A DNA stretch of 64,000 nt, taken from Eledone cirrhosa. Lineage: Eukaryota. Below are positions 24,554 through 36,895 of the stretch, piece by piece; the stretch's first letter is position 1, and the number at the start of each line of letters is the position of its first letter. The notes under the pieces are model-generated. The model did no database searches and was not told where the DNA came from. It worked only from the letters and a program-made list of their open reading frames with translations. The position numbers and the translations under genes are program-made. The DNA is taken from contig OZ024740.1 in assembly GCA_964016885.1 (NCBI GenBank), positions 156,364,001 to 156,428,000 on the forward strand, in the 5' to 3' direction.

Positions 24554-27500
24554 ATGGCTATGCTAAGAGTAGGCTGTTTAAATGCGCGTGGCCTGGGCTC
24601 AACTTGGAAGCAAGCAATGCTTCTAAATGACCTCAGGTCACAACGTATAGATGTGATGGTTATTTGCGAGGCCCGGATCAGCAACGTGCGACAGCTGGCC
24701 CCCACCTTTGATGACTTTGAGATGCACGCATCTCTCTGTCAGCCTGGAGGTGGGGGTGGAGTTGTCGTTCTGCTGCAAAAACATCTGGGTCTCGCAACAC
24801 AGATGGTACATTTGGACCCGGAGGGTCGACTAGTGGTTCTGGACCTTGGCAGTGGTAAAGGCGGAGCGTTTAGGTTGGTAGCCGCCTACGGCCCTTTCGG
24901 GTCAATGCGGCCGGACTTCTTCCATCGTCTGGAGACTTTTCTAGGGACGTCCCGCTCCTTGCTATTAGTGGGGGACTGGAATGGTATCCTAGATGCACGC
25001 TGGGACTACGTAGGGGCCTGCCCCGATAGAGAGGGGTGTAATAGCCTCAAAGGGTTAATCGGTCGATTTGACCTGGCCGATAGATATCGACTAGATTTTC
25101 CGACTGCGCCAACCTGGACTTGGGCAAATCGTAGCGGATCATCTAGGTCGTACCTAGATAGGTTCTTAGTTAGAATTAAGGATAAGGACTTTTTAAGTTG
25201 TCCAAAAATGCGCATTGTTGGCTATTCAGACCACAAATTAGTGACCTGCATGGTCAACCTTGACAGAACTCATAGACAGGGCCCCGGTTACTGGAAGCTC
25301 AACTTGTCCTTGCCGGCAAGTAGAGCCTACAGGAATCGGATTAGTACGTTAGTTAAGGAACGGTTGACTGGAGCGATCGTCAACAGCAGGTGGTGGGTAT
25401 CTCTAAAGAGAGAGATTAGAGTAGTCTCGATAGAATTTAGTAAGGTTCTAGCTGCGGATAGGAATAGGAAGGAAAGGGAGCTAATAGATAGAGTAGAAGA
25501 GGCAATTAGAAGCGGCGACGTGGCCAGAGTGCTAGCGTCGAGAACGGCTTTGAGCCAGTTTTTCGACGCGAAGCACGAAGGCTGCGTTGTCCGAAGTAAA
25601 ATACGTGCTCTAGGGAACGAGGGGACCAAAGCTGTTAGCTGGGCCCGCGTGACAGAGGCCAACAGTGGAACTAAATCCACCATCCGGTCTTTGCGAGACC
25701 TGGATGGACGGGCGATTCTTGAGCCTAAGCAGATGTGTGAGGCCTTTCAAAGGCACTTTGCCCGACTGTTCGGGAGGGGCGGGGAGCCGGTTGGGAACGT
25801 GGACTTCGGTCCATACCTCGACGGCCTGCCGCGCCTCTCGGACAGGGAGGCGAAGTCCTGCGAGGAGCCGATTTCGGCCGCTGAGATAGAGGACGTGCTG
25901 AGCCAATGCGGCAAACGCAAATCCCCGGGTCTCGATGGTCTTCCTTACGAATTATATCTAGCTATGCCGGACTTGTTCCCCGATCTCCTCGAGGCGGTCT
26001 ACTGCAACTGGCAACAGAACGGGAGAATTCCCTGTACTGTGACCAAGGGCGTAGTCACGCTAGTGAGGAAGGACGAGAACAAGGGGGACGAAATAAGTAA
26101 CTTCAGGCCCATAACTCTGCTAAATACAGAGTTACAGATTTTGGCCAAGGTGCTAGCAAAGAGGTTGGCGCTTGTCGTGGGCAACCTGGTGGGAGATGCG
26201 CAGACATGCGCTATCCCGTCCAGGTCCATCCATGACAACCTCCACCTCATGCGATACATCATAGAGAGGGTTGGGAACGAACCCGGCTTTGGTGGGGCTC
26301 TGATCAACTTGGATCAATCTAAGGCGTTCGATAGGGTCGACCATGGTTACCTGGATGCGGTGCTAGCGGCGGCAGGCTTCGGACCCGTTTTCAGGGGCTG
26401 GATCACTGCTATGCACAGCAGCCGCATCTGCTCTAGGGTCAAGGTGAACGGCTACCTCTCGGAGCCGTTCAAAATCGCGCGGTCCATCCGACAAGGGTGC
26501 CCTCTCTCCTCCCTTCTGTATGTGTTGACTCTCGAGCCACTACTGCGGAAGTTGGAGTTGTTGCAGGGCATCCCTTTGGAACCGGGATTGCGGAAAGCGG
26601 TGTCGGCCTACGCCGATGACGTGACAGTAATGGTCTCGACGGCCTCCGAAATCGAGGCGGTCGGCACCTTACTGGAGGAGTACGAAAAGTTCACAGGGGC
26701 TAAGCTGAACCGGGACAAGTCGATCGGTTTGCAACTCGGCACGTGGAGGGGCAGACCGATGCCCTCCGATAGCGTCGTCGGACGCTGGACGGAGGGCCCG
26801 GTGAAGTTGCTCGGGGTCTGGTTCGGACCGGACCTCCAGGTGGAGAAAAACTGGGCGGAGGTTACGAACAGGGTGTTTGCACTGACCCAGAAGTGGGCCA
26901 GTTGCAAACTATCCCTGAAAGGTCGGGCGGAGGTGGCGAACACCTACATAGCGTCCGTCATCTACTACCGCCTGACCGTAGTACCCTGCCCAAGGGAAAC
27001 CCTCACCAAGATGGAGCGCGCGCTCTTCCAATTCCTTTGGAAGAGGCGGGCTCCTATGGTGAGGAGATCCATCTGCTGTCAACACCCTTCGAAAGGAGGG
27101 TTGGGGATGCCGTGGCTAATGATGCGTAAACACGCATTAAGGCTACGGCACCTCTACGTATTCCTCACCGGACAACCGGTGTGGGCCTCGTTTGTGAGAC
27201 GAACCTTTCCCAGACTCGTCTCACTCACCGAGCTGCAATCCTGGGTCAAGCAGAGACCGAGAAAACTGGGCGCCTGGCACACTGAGTGTGCCCAGGCGCT
27301 CACCGCCCTCTGGCAGGCGGATCCGGTTATCAGTGGAGACTCCACCGCAACATTCTATAGAGGGCGGGTACGCAGCAGGTGCGACGACGCCCTCGGAGAA
27401 GCCCTAGACATGGAGGAGGACGAACTGGCCAGCCTGTTCGGTAGGACATTCAGCCCGGGACCTATGGACAACTTCCAGAAGTCCCTGGCCTGGCAGTGCT

Positions 27501-27991
27501 ACCGAGGGGCTTTACCCGTTCGAGAAAGGCTCTACAGACACGGGCGCCCGGGTAGGGACCCCGCCAAAAAGATCTGTCCCAGATGCGTGTGCGACGAGGA
27601 AACCATTGCACACGCATTAGTACACTGCTCGGGCGTAGCCGATCTGTGGGGCTATGTCGAACAACTGCTGTCAAGGGTGGGACCGATCCGGTTGACCACC
27701 GAGTCTATTGTAATGATCAAGCCGCCTCCCCCCTTCAAAGATGAAGCAGAGGCGGTGTTTCTGTGCGTAATAGCCATGGCGAAAGAGGTTGTATGGTGGA
27801 CGCGTCTGAAAGGACTGAGGTCGGGCACCTTTCTCTCTGGCCAACAACTGGTCCGTTTCTTCCGATATCATTTCGGAAGAAGGATCAGGATGGAGAGAGA
27901 GGTGCTGCACCCCAGCCGTTTCTATGAAAGATGGGTGAAAGTGGCGAGAATGGCCCGTGTGAATGGGCCTTCACTCTACATCAGACTATAG
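24554..27991 (+). CDS. LINE ORF2 protein (APE endonuclease, reverse transcriptase, C-terminal zinc finger)
   Basis: CCAACATGG start; motifs LNARGL, GDWN, YLDR, YSDH, FRPITLLN, IRQGCPLS, AYADD, CPRC..ETIAHALVHC. Confidence 0.95.
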   Translation: MAMLRVGCLNARGLGSTWKQAMLLNDLRSQRIDVMVICEARISNVRQLAPTFDDFEMHASLCQPGGGGGVVVLLQKHLGLATQMVHLDPEGRLVVLDLGSGKGGAFRLVAAYGPFGSMRPDFFHRLETFLGTSRSLLLVGDWNGILDARWDYVGACPDREGCNSLKGLIGRFDLADRYRLDFPTAPTWTWANRSGSSRSYLDRFLVRIKDKDFLSCPKMRIVGYSDHKLVTCMVNLDRTHRQGPGYWKLNLSLPASRAYRNRISTLVKERLTGAIVNSRWWVSLKREIRVVSIEFSKVLAADRNRKERELIDRVEEAIRSGDVARVLASRTALSQFFDAKHEGCVVRSKIRALGNEGTKAVSWARVTEANSGTKSTIRSLRDLDGRAILEPKQMCEAFQRHFARLFGRGGEPVGNVDFGPYLDGLPRLSDREAKSCEEPISAAEIEDVLSQCGKRKSPGLDGLPYELYLAMPDLFPDLLEAVYCNWQQNGRIPCTVTKGVVTLVRKDENKGDEISNFRPITLLNTELQILAKVLAKRLALVVGNLVGDAQTCAIPSRSIHDNLHLMRYIIERVGNEPGFGGALINLDQSKAFDRVDHGYLDAVLAAAGFGPVFRGWITAMHSSRICSRVKVNGYLSEPFKIARSIRQGCPLSSLLYVLTLEPLLRKLELLQGIPLEPGLRKAVSAYADDVTVMVSTASEIEAVGTLLEEYEKFTGAKLNRDKSIGLQLGTWRGRPMPSDSVVGRWTEGPVKLLGVWFGPDLQVEKNWAEVTNRVFALTQKWASCKLSLKGRAEVANTYIASVIYYRLTVVPCPRETLTKMERALFQFLWKRRAPMVRRSICCQHPSKGGLGMPWLMMRKHALRLRHLYVFLTGQPVWASFVRRTFPRLVSLTELQSWVKQRPRKLGAWHTECAQALTALWQADPVISGDSTATFYRGRVRSRCDDALGEALDMEEDELASLFGRTFSPGPMDNFQKSLAWQCYRGALPVRERLYRHGRPGRDPAKKICPRCVCDEETIAHALVHCSGVADLWGYVEQLLSRVGPIRLTTESIVMIKPPPPFKDEAEAVFLCVIAMAKEVVWWTRLKGLRSGTFLSGQQLVRFFRYHFGRRIRMEREVLHPSRFYERWVKVARMARVNGPSLYIRL

Positions 27992-28465
27992 GTGAGGAAG
28001 ATGAAAAACCAAGGGAGCACCCCTTCTCTGTGCTCCTGAGGAGAAGGGTTGCACACTTTTTTCGGGGGTGTGTGCGACCCCCCAAGGCGCCTCCTCTCTA
28101 TTGAGGATTTTGTTAAAAATTTTATTTTTTGTTATATCTTATTTTATTTTTATATTTTGTTATTGCCTCCTCCTTATTGAGGACGCCTTTTTGTGTAAAC
28201 TCCCCCCTTTGTACTTGTCCCACTTTTGATGCCCTAGTGGCAAATAAAAGAAATATATCTATCTATCTATCTAGTCTCTGATTGTTTGCTTGTCTGTAAT
28301 GTAAATCAGCCAAAAGGGCATATAATGTGAAAATACTTTGAAAGAACGTTCCCCCTGAAATGGGAATACAAATGGAATAAAACAAATTTCGCGTAAATCG
28401 GACCACGAGTTCCCGAGATATGGCGTTTTTCCGGGTACCTTCATAAACAAAAGAGAGAGAAAGAT

Positions 28466-31400
28466 ATATTTCTTTATTTACCATAAAGGCATAAAAAGAA
28501 GGGACAAATACAAAGGGGGAGTTTACATAAAACCGAGTAAAAAGGGTATAAAATGAAAATAATCAAAAACAATCTCAAAAGGGAGGTGACGTGATGGGGG
28601 TTGCACCCCCCCCCCGAAAAAGTGTGCAATCCTTTGCCCGGGGAGCACATGAAGAAGGTGGTCCCCTCTCCTTCACTTCTTTACCTACAGGATGGTATAC
28701 AGAGAAGGCCCATTTACACGAGCCATTCTTGCCACTATCACCCACCTTTCATAAAACTGCCTGTGGCCAAGCACCTCTCTCTCCATTCTTATCCTTCTTC
28801 CGAAGTGATATCGGAAGAAGTAGACCAGACTATGGCCAGAGAGGAAGTTGCCTGACCTCAGACCTTTCAATCGTGTCCACCAAACAACCTCTTTCAACAT
28901 GGCTATTACACACAGAAAAACCGCCTTTGCTTCCTTTGTGAAGAGGGGAGGCGGCTTGATAGTTATCACGGACTCGGCAGTCAATCGAATCGGCGCCACC
29001 CGCGACAGCAGTCGTTCGGCGTAGACCCACAGATCAGCCACGCCCGGACAGTGCACCAATGCGTGCGCAACGGTTTCTTCGTGACGCACGCATCTAGGGC
29101 GGATTTTTTTCGAGGGATCCCTGCCCGGGCGCCCGTGTCTGTAGAGCTTCTCTCGAACGGGTAGACTCCCCCGGTAGCACTGCCAGGCCAGTGACTTCTG
29201 GAAGTTGTCCATTGGTCCCGGGCCGAAAGTCCTACCGAACAGGCTGGCCAGTTCGTCCTCTTCCATGTCCAGCGACTCTCCAAGGGTGTCATCGCCCCTG
29301 CTAGCCACCAGCCCTCTATAGAATGACGAGGTGGATTCTCCACCGATGGCCGGGTCCGCTTGCCAGAGAGCCCTGAGCGCCTGGGCACACTCGGTGTGCC
29401 AGTCGCCCAGTTTTCCGGATCTTTGCTTGACCCAGGACTGCAGCTCGGTGAGCGAGACGAGTCTCGGAAAGGCTCGTCTCACGAACGGAGCCCACACCGG
29501 TTGACCAGTGAGGAATACCTGTAGGTGCCGTAGCCTTAATGCGTGCCTACGCATCATCAACCACGGCATCCCCAGCCCTCCTTTCGAAGGTTGTTGGCCA
29601 CAGATGGATCTTCTCACCATAGGAGGGCGCTTCTTCCAAAGAAATTGAAAGAGCATGCGTTCCATGGTGGTGAGTGTTTCCTTAGGGCAAGGCACGACAG
29701 TCAGGCGGTAGACGGTGACGGACGCTATGTAAATGTTCGCCACCTCCCCCCGACCTTTCAGGGACAGCTTACACTTGGCCCATTTCTGGGTCAGTGCAAA
29801 CACCTTGCTCGTAACCTCGCCCCAGTTCTTTTCCACCTGGAGGTCCGGTCCAAACCAGACCCCAAGCAACTTCACCGGGCCCTCCGTCCAGTGTCCGACG
29901 ACAACGTGGGGAGGCATTGGTCTGCCTCTCCACGTTCCGAGTTGCAGCCCGATGGATTTTTCCCGGTTCAGTTTCACTCCTGACAACCTTTCGTATTCCT
30001 CCAGTAAGGTACCGATCGCCTCGATCTCCGAGTCGGTCGATACCATTACTGTTACGTCATCGGCGTAGGCCGACACCGCTTTGCTCAATCCTGCAACAAC
30101 TCCAACTTCCTCAGTAAAGGCTCGTGAGTCAATACGTACAGAAGGGAGGAGATAGGGCACCCCTGTCGAATGGATCGTGTGATTTCGAACGGCTTCGAAA
30201 GGTAGCCGTTCACCTTGATCCTAGAACAGATGTGGCTGCTATGTAAGGCAGTGATCCAGCCTCTGAAAACAGAACCGAACCCAGCCGCCGCTAGCACCGC
30301 ATCCAGGTAACCATGGTCGACCCTATCGAACGCCTTAGACTGATCCAAGTTGATCAGGGCCCCACCGAAGCCGGGTTTGTTGCCAACCCTCTCTATGATG
30401 TATCGCATGAGGTGGAGGTTATCGTGAATGGACCTGGATCGGATAGCACATGTCTGCGCATCTCCCACCAGGCTACCCACGACAAGCGCCAACCTCTTTG
30501 CTAACGCCTTGGCCAAAATCTTTAACTCTGTGTTTAGCAGGGTTATGGGCCGAAAATTATTTATACTATCCTCCTTGTTCTCGTCCTTCCTCACCAGGGA
30601 GACTACGCCCTTGTCTACAGAACAAGGAATTCTCCCGTTCTGCTGCCAATTGCAGTAGACTGCATCGAGGAGTTTGGAGAAGAAGACCGGCATTGCTAAA
30701 TAAAGTTCGTAAGGTATACCACCGAGACCTGGAGATTTGCGTCTGTTGCATTGGCTCAGCGCATCCCCGATCTCATCAGCCGAGATTGGTCCCTCGCAGG
30801 ACTCTGCCTCTTCTCTCGAGAGACGCGGCAGGCCGTCGAGGTATGGACCGAAGTCCACGTCCCCGCCCGGACCCTCGCCTCCCCCGAACAATCGGGCAAA
30901 GTGCCTTTGAAAGGCCTCGCACATCTGCTTAGGCTCCCGGATGACCCGTCCATCCTCGTCTTGCAAAGACCGGATGGTGGATCGATTTCCACTCTTAGCT
31001 TCTGTCACGCGGGCCCAGCCAACGGCTTTGGCCCCCTCATTACCTAGAGCACGTATTTTACTTCGAATGACGCAGCCTTCGTGCTTTGCATCGAAAAACT
31101 GGCTCAAGGCCGTCCTCGATGCCAGCACTCTGGCCACATCTTCGCTCTTGATTGCCTCTTCTAATTTACCTGTTAATTCTTTCTCGTTCCTATTCCTATC
31201 GGCAGCTAACATTTTGCTATAACTTATTGATTCTGTTCTAATCTCTCTTTTGAGAGATGCCCACCATCGGTTGTTGACGATTGCACCCGTCAACCTCTCC
31301 TTAACTAATCTGCTAATCCGGTCTCTGTAAGCCTCTTTTGCCGGTAAAGACAAATTAAGTTTCCAGTAACCGGGACCCTGTCTATGTGTTCTCTCAAGGT

Positions 31401-34257
31401 TGACTACGCAGGTCACTAATTTGTGATCTGTATAGCCAACCGTGAGCATTTCTGGACAGCTTAATATGTCCCTATCCTTACTTCTAACTAAGAATCTATC
31501 TAAGTACGATCTGGATTGACCACTGTGGTTTGTCCAAGTCCAGGTTGGCACAGTTGGAAAATCTAGTCGATATCTATCGACCAAGTTAAAATAGTCGAGT
31601 AACCCCTTGAGGCTGTTACATCCCCCTCTATTAGGACATGCTCCTGCATAGTCCCAACGTGCATCTAGGATGTCATTCCAGTCCCCCGCTAGAAGCAGGG
31701 AACGTCGGGTCGTTCAGCTCCGAAAGAGGAGTAGACGGCGACCAGTCTCAAGGCCGCACCTCCACTACTGCCAACGTCTAGCACCAACAAACGACCTTCC
31801 GGGTCTGAGTGAACAACCTGTACGGCGAGACCCAGGTGTTTTTCCAGCAGTACGACAACTCCACCCCACCTCCAGGTTGACAGAGAGATGCGTGCACCTC
31901 AAAGTCATCTAAGGTAGGGTCAGCTGCCGCACGACGCTGATCCGAGTCTCACAGATAACCATTACATTTATACCATGTGACCTGAGGTCATTTAGAAGCT
32001 TTGCTTGCTTCCAAGTTGAGCCCAGGCCACGTGCATTCAAACATCCTACTCTTAACACATCCATGTGGGCGGCAAAGCCAAAGGAGAGTGTAGAGACCTA
32101 CCTTTCTGCTTCCCGGGGTTCGGGTCGCACGACTTCCATGGGTCGGGGGTGTTGGGTGAAGGGGTGTCTTGTGGTGGTGTGGGGTCGTCAGTGTGTTGTG
32201 GGGTTGGGGTGCTTGGAGTTGTGTTGGGGAGGGGAAGGGGAGGGGGAAAGCTTTTTAGGAGGACGCGGTTTATGGGTTTGACAGAGGGTGGTCCTACGTC
32301 CTCCTTAAAATCCTTTTTTAGTTTTTGGTAGAGGTTCATTGGGATCTTTATTAATTTTAAATGTGGGTAGTTTTCTGAAGAAACAAAGTTTACCCCTTCG
32401 GTTTGTACCGAAGGGTTATTGTTTATGAGTTCATTTAATTTATTATTGTTTCTGTTGATGTAAGTATAGTGTAATGTCTTTTTTTCGGATGGTGTGAATG
32501 TTTCGAAGAGGGGAGGGGCAGGTTTGGTTTTGTTTGTTGCTGGAGGGATGTTTTGTGTTTTGTTGGATTGTGTTGACATTTGGGTAGGCGTTGTTTGGCC
32601 TTGTGTGTTTGCACATGTTTTCTTTTTTTCATTTTAATCTGTCTGAAGGACTCCGTTTCTTCCTCCGAATTCGTTGGGTTATCTTCAGTGTTGGAGAGAA
32701 GAGGTATGTTTGCTGGTAATGTTTCCGTGTTAGTTTTCTTTGTGGGGGAGATGGATGTCACTATGTTAGACTGTGTTGTGTGTTGTGGCTGCGGTGGTTG
32801 TGTTGTTTTATTGAGTGAGGGGTTGGGTGGGACTGTGTTTTGTTTTTGGGTAATGTGTTGTGTCTGTTTGTGCTGTGGTGGTGGTGTAGTTTTACTGAGG
32901 GACGGGTTGGATGGGACTGAGTTTTGTTGTTTGTTTATCTGTTGTGGTGGTGGTGGAGGTGGTGTTGGTAGCAGGGTTTTCTTCTTGTTGAGTTGGGGAC
33001 AAGCCGCCTTCAGGTGCCCTCTGCCTGCACAGATATGACAGGACGGCCTTCTCCCCTCCACGCTAATGTTTATATACCCGTGGCCCTCTAATAGGATTCT
33101 GTCGGGTATTTGGGCAATGCGTTCAGGCTTCATTTGCACTACAAGTTCTATACCTGTTCCACTGAACGCATTGCCTGTGGTTTTCCCAATGGAAATCACG
33201 TTGTCATTCGCTGGATCGATGAAGCCAGCTATGAGCCAGCAGTAGTCCATATCTGGCATCATCGCATCCAGCCATATGCGCTGAGTTCTTTTACCCATAT
33301 AAGATGGATAAAAGGAAAATTTGTCGAACGAATTGGCGACAAAGCATATTTTTTTGCCGCCGATTCGTTCTTCATAATAATGGCTAGGCTTCCATAGAGC
33401 TTGTCTCTTCTTATGAAAGTGGCTTCATTAAGTACTTCTCTAAGTACCGCTTTAATTTCTGCTTGTGTTGGTTGTTGTGGTTTTTTTTGAGATGCTGTTG
33501 TTGGTGCGGAAAACGACCGTCCGACTTTCAATATCTTTGGTGAGTTCTTGGGGCATTTTTACTGACAAGGCTCCATTTTCCCCTTGAGTTATGAATTGTT
33601 TGGCGTTTTTTATTCTTTGTGCCACATCTGAAATATTTTCAGGTATGTATGTTAAAGATTTTTTTGTTGTTTGTGCAAATGAGATGTTATTGGTGTTGAC
33701 TTTGTCGTCTGTTTTGCTTTCTGTTATGATGTTGTTGTTTTCAAATGTTATTTTTGTGTTTGTTGTTTCTTTGTTTGTGGTATTAATATTGTCATGCAAT
33801 TCTTTCATATTTTTTTGTTGTTGAAATCAATCTCCAGATTTGTGTTTTCGTCGACATTTTTCACCGCACATTCGTCTGTTTTTATTTTATTTTATCTTTC
33901 CTTCTCTATGACGTTAGTTGGGAAGGAAGGGGGGGGGGGACTAAAGTGTGAGAGCTTACAACTCTTACCGCTGTTCCCCACCACTATTTTCGTTAGCTTT
34001 GTTTAACATTTCTCCCAGACGATTGAAATTTTATGCAACAAAAATTTTAAAAACAGGTTTTTCACCCCTGGGAGGGGCGAAAATGAGCTGACCCACCGCA
34101 TGAAGTTCAGACGGGGGATCAAGCTACACAATAGTATCACAATTAAAATTAAACTTACAAAATTTCCGCAATAAATTGGAACAAAACTTCTGCGCGAAGT
34201 GAATTACGTCTACGCTATCGAACAGACGACAGCTAGATCATAAAGGTTGTGACGGAG
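28466..34257 (-). mobile_element. Full-length degenerate Tx1 copy D, tail-to-tail with copy C
   Basis: ORF1 (about 34009-32098) and ORF2 (32064-28685) are frameshifted; CHICAGRGHLKAAC knuckle; 3' end AATAAAGAAATATATCT. The 5' boundary is approximate. Confidence 0.92.
28685..32064 (-). pseudogene. ORF2 of Tx1 copy D with deletions near 31710 and 30085
   Basis: ORF pieces 30085-31584 and 28685-30160 are highly similar to ORF2 of copy C. Confidence 0.9.
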
Positions 34258-34350
34258 TAGATTGAAAGAGAGACATAGAGAGGGGGAGAGGAGACAGAGG
34301 AGAATAGAAGAGAGCTGGTGGTGTTGATGTGTATATATATATATGTGTGA

Positions 34351-34425
<75 letters not shown>

Positions 34426-34492
34426 TATGATCACAGAGACCGACATATATATACACACACATACATATATATATATATGTATACACACACAC

Positions 34493-34543
<51 letters not shown>

Positions 34544-35025
34544 CACACACGTATATATATATATGGGCCTTCCAGTTTCATTTCCGATGATATACATGCC
34601 TGTGAATATTTTAATTATCTAAAAAAAATTATTTTTAAGTGAACATGATTTCAATAGCTTTTTCGATGACAGGAGACGAATTTGGAAAAGATACCATGAA
34701 GCAATTTCCGCCAATCTACCCCTACTGGAATGGTACTTCGACTCATAAAGGATGAAAAGCAAAGTCGAGAGAGCTCGAACACATATTTCTATGACATTTA
34801 ACTCGTTACTCTAACAAGTCTACCATTTTGCTCTCATAATCTCAGTATAGATGGGGATAATCCACAAACTTATACCGATGCCGGAATCAAACGAATTTGT
34901 TAGTTTACACAAATGAATACATTCCAATTTAAATCTAAACTATAATAAAGTAAGAAGCGCGGGACTGCGTACGGTTTATAATTTCTTATCCCATTAGTAA
35001 AATAAATTGGATTACTTTGAATAAA

Positions 35026-35172
35026 TAATTGTTTCTCCTTTTTGGCACAAGGCCAGCAATTACACAGTACATTACTGGTACTTTATTTTATCGACCCCGT
35101 AAGGATGAAAGGCAAAGTTAACCCCGGCGGGATTTGAACTCAGTCATAAAGGGACATAACTATTCTAGAAAG
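35026..35172 (-). mobile_element. tRNA-derived SINE, partial
   Basis: Matches the SINE family body and tail. Confidence 0.8.
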
Positions 35173-36118
35173 CATAGAAATATTACATAATTTATCTACT
35201 AAATTTCGTGGCTGTTCATTAAATATATTTTATTATTTATTTAAAGATTCACTTCTTTAAAATTTTCAAATGTCAACACTTCCGGTGGCGATCGCTTAAA
35301 TAAACATATTAATTTTCTGTCACTAATTTTCTCCTAATGCAATTTATATATAATATCTTCTTTTTTTAAATGTATCATGGATTACGCTACTCATTACATA
35401 AGACTGTAACACAGTCTCTCTTCAATTTCTGTGTATATTGTTAATTGCGATTTTATTTGACGTATAATATCTACATGTATATATACTTGCGTATAATATC
35501 AATATACACACTACACATGTTAGCAGAAAACCACCCAAAGGGTGTTTTTTCTGCTGGTTATTATGAAGTATATCAGGGTAGATTAAAATAAAGCAGAGGT
35601 ATAAAAATGTGCATATTTGGTAAGAACATGTGCTAAAACAGGATATAGTTAAATGCAGCTAAACATCAAACATGCATAATTAAAACAAAGTGTGTGAAAG
35701 AAAATACATTAGAATAAAATTTAGACTCTACATTGTTATAAAGTAACAATCAAGTGAATTAAAATAAAACAGGAATAAAGAAATGTTCAGTGAAGATAAA
35801 AACAAGTTTGAATGAATAGGTACAACATTGCATAATCTGGAATAATTATTGAAAATGTAAATAAATAATCAGTTGAATGAGAGGTTTGTTGAAAAACAAG
35901 TTATGATAAAATTAACTAGTGTAACACAAATTTAATGACACATAACAAATTGGAATTTTAGGTAGATAGTTTAATGATTAAATGAACATAATGACTGGAG
36001 AGAGAAACATTAGAATGACGAATAGAATGCTTTCAATTATTTTTCTAATGAGATATGTAGATAAACCGATGGATAATAGTTATATTTATTCCGTCAATAA
36101 TTGTTTCTACTATAGACA

Positions 36119-36481
36119 TGTAGAAGATCACGCCACCTAGCGTCGACTTTGGAGGCAGTCGATTAACTGCCCTTTGTTCTGACGTCACGTTCTGACGTCA
36201 GTAGCTGAAACAATCTCTCTTGAACGGTTGATACGTTGAAGTGAAGAGACGTGTTTCCACGCAGCGACCCAAACAACGATATCACACCATGTGGTCGCGG
36301 CATAATATGATGATTGACAATTACCCAACCTTGGAGCACTGATGTATTAACTGTATTATAATTTGCTCTAATTAAAATGTCACGTAACATAATTTTGAGG
36401 TGTGTTTCTTTCTTGTTTGATGATGTTGCCGGCCAGTATATTATATCCAATTAGACGGGATGTCAGACCGTCCCGCCTAAA
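36119..36481 (+). repeat. 5' LTR
   Basis: Direct repeat of 40087-40428 starting TGTAGAAGATCACGCC. Confidence 0.92.
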
Positions 36482-36482
36482 G

Positions 36483-36497
36483 TGGTGACCTTCGACG
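36483..36497 (+). promoter_or_regulatory. Primer binding site, tRNA-Trp-like
   Basis: TGGTGACCTTCGACG resembles TGGTGACCCCGACG, the complement of the tRNA-Trp 3' end. Confidence 0.65.
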
Positions 36498-36895
36498 ATT
36501 AAGTATGAAAACGAACCTAATTAATTTCGCCATTCGCTTTAAAATGAAAATTGTTCGTCTAATATAAAAAAAAAAAAAAAATTTCACAATGGCTGACTGG
36601 CCCACCAACATTCCCGCAAATTGTGTTTCTTCTTCAAATGCATCCATCTGATTGGCTTAGCCCCGTCACGCGACCATATCCTTGTTTTGGAAAAGAAATG
36701 CGACGCCATCTTGTTTCATAATGACTATCTCGAATCACAGATACCACCCTTCGGACTTTCGCTGCTATTTCTTGTACTGTGACTGAATTTCTTTTGCTTA
36801 CGGCAACTTTATGGATGTCGATGGAAAATTGTGCTGTTTTCCCGTCGTTTTGAACACTACTTACTTTTATTCGTCCATGTGGAAATAGATTGACG

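Larger units (their letters stand above)
22535..28255 (+). mobile_element. Full-length intact Tx1/L1-clade LINE copy C, flanked by (ATCT)n
   Basis: 5' UTR, two uninterrupted ORFs, and a 3' UTR ending AATAAAAGAAATAT followed by (ATCT)n. Confidence 0.95.

Noticed and set aside
28262-28460. Spacer between LINE copies C and D resembling a Helitron-like fragment
   Set aside because: No defined termini or second copy in the window.
34210-34642. ORFs rich in YI/CV/HT/SL dipeptides here and at 41-46 kb, 55-58 kb and 61 kb
   Set aside because: They are translations of (TA)n, (CA)n and (GA)n microsatellites, not genes.
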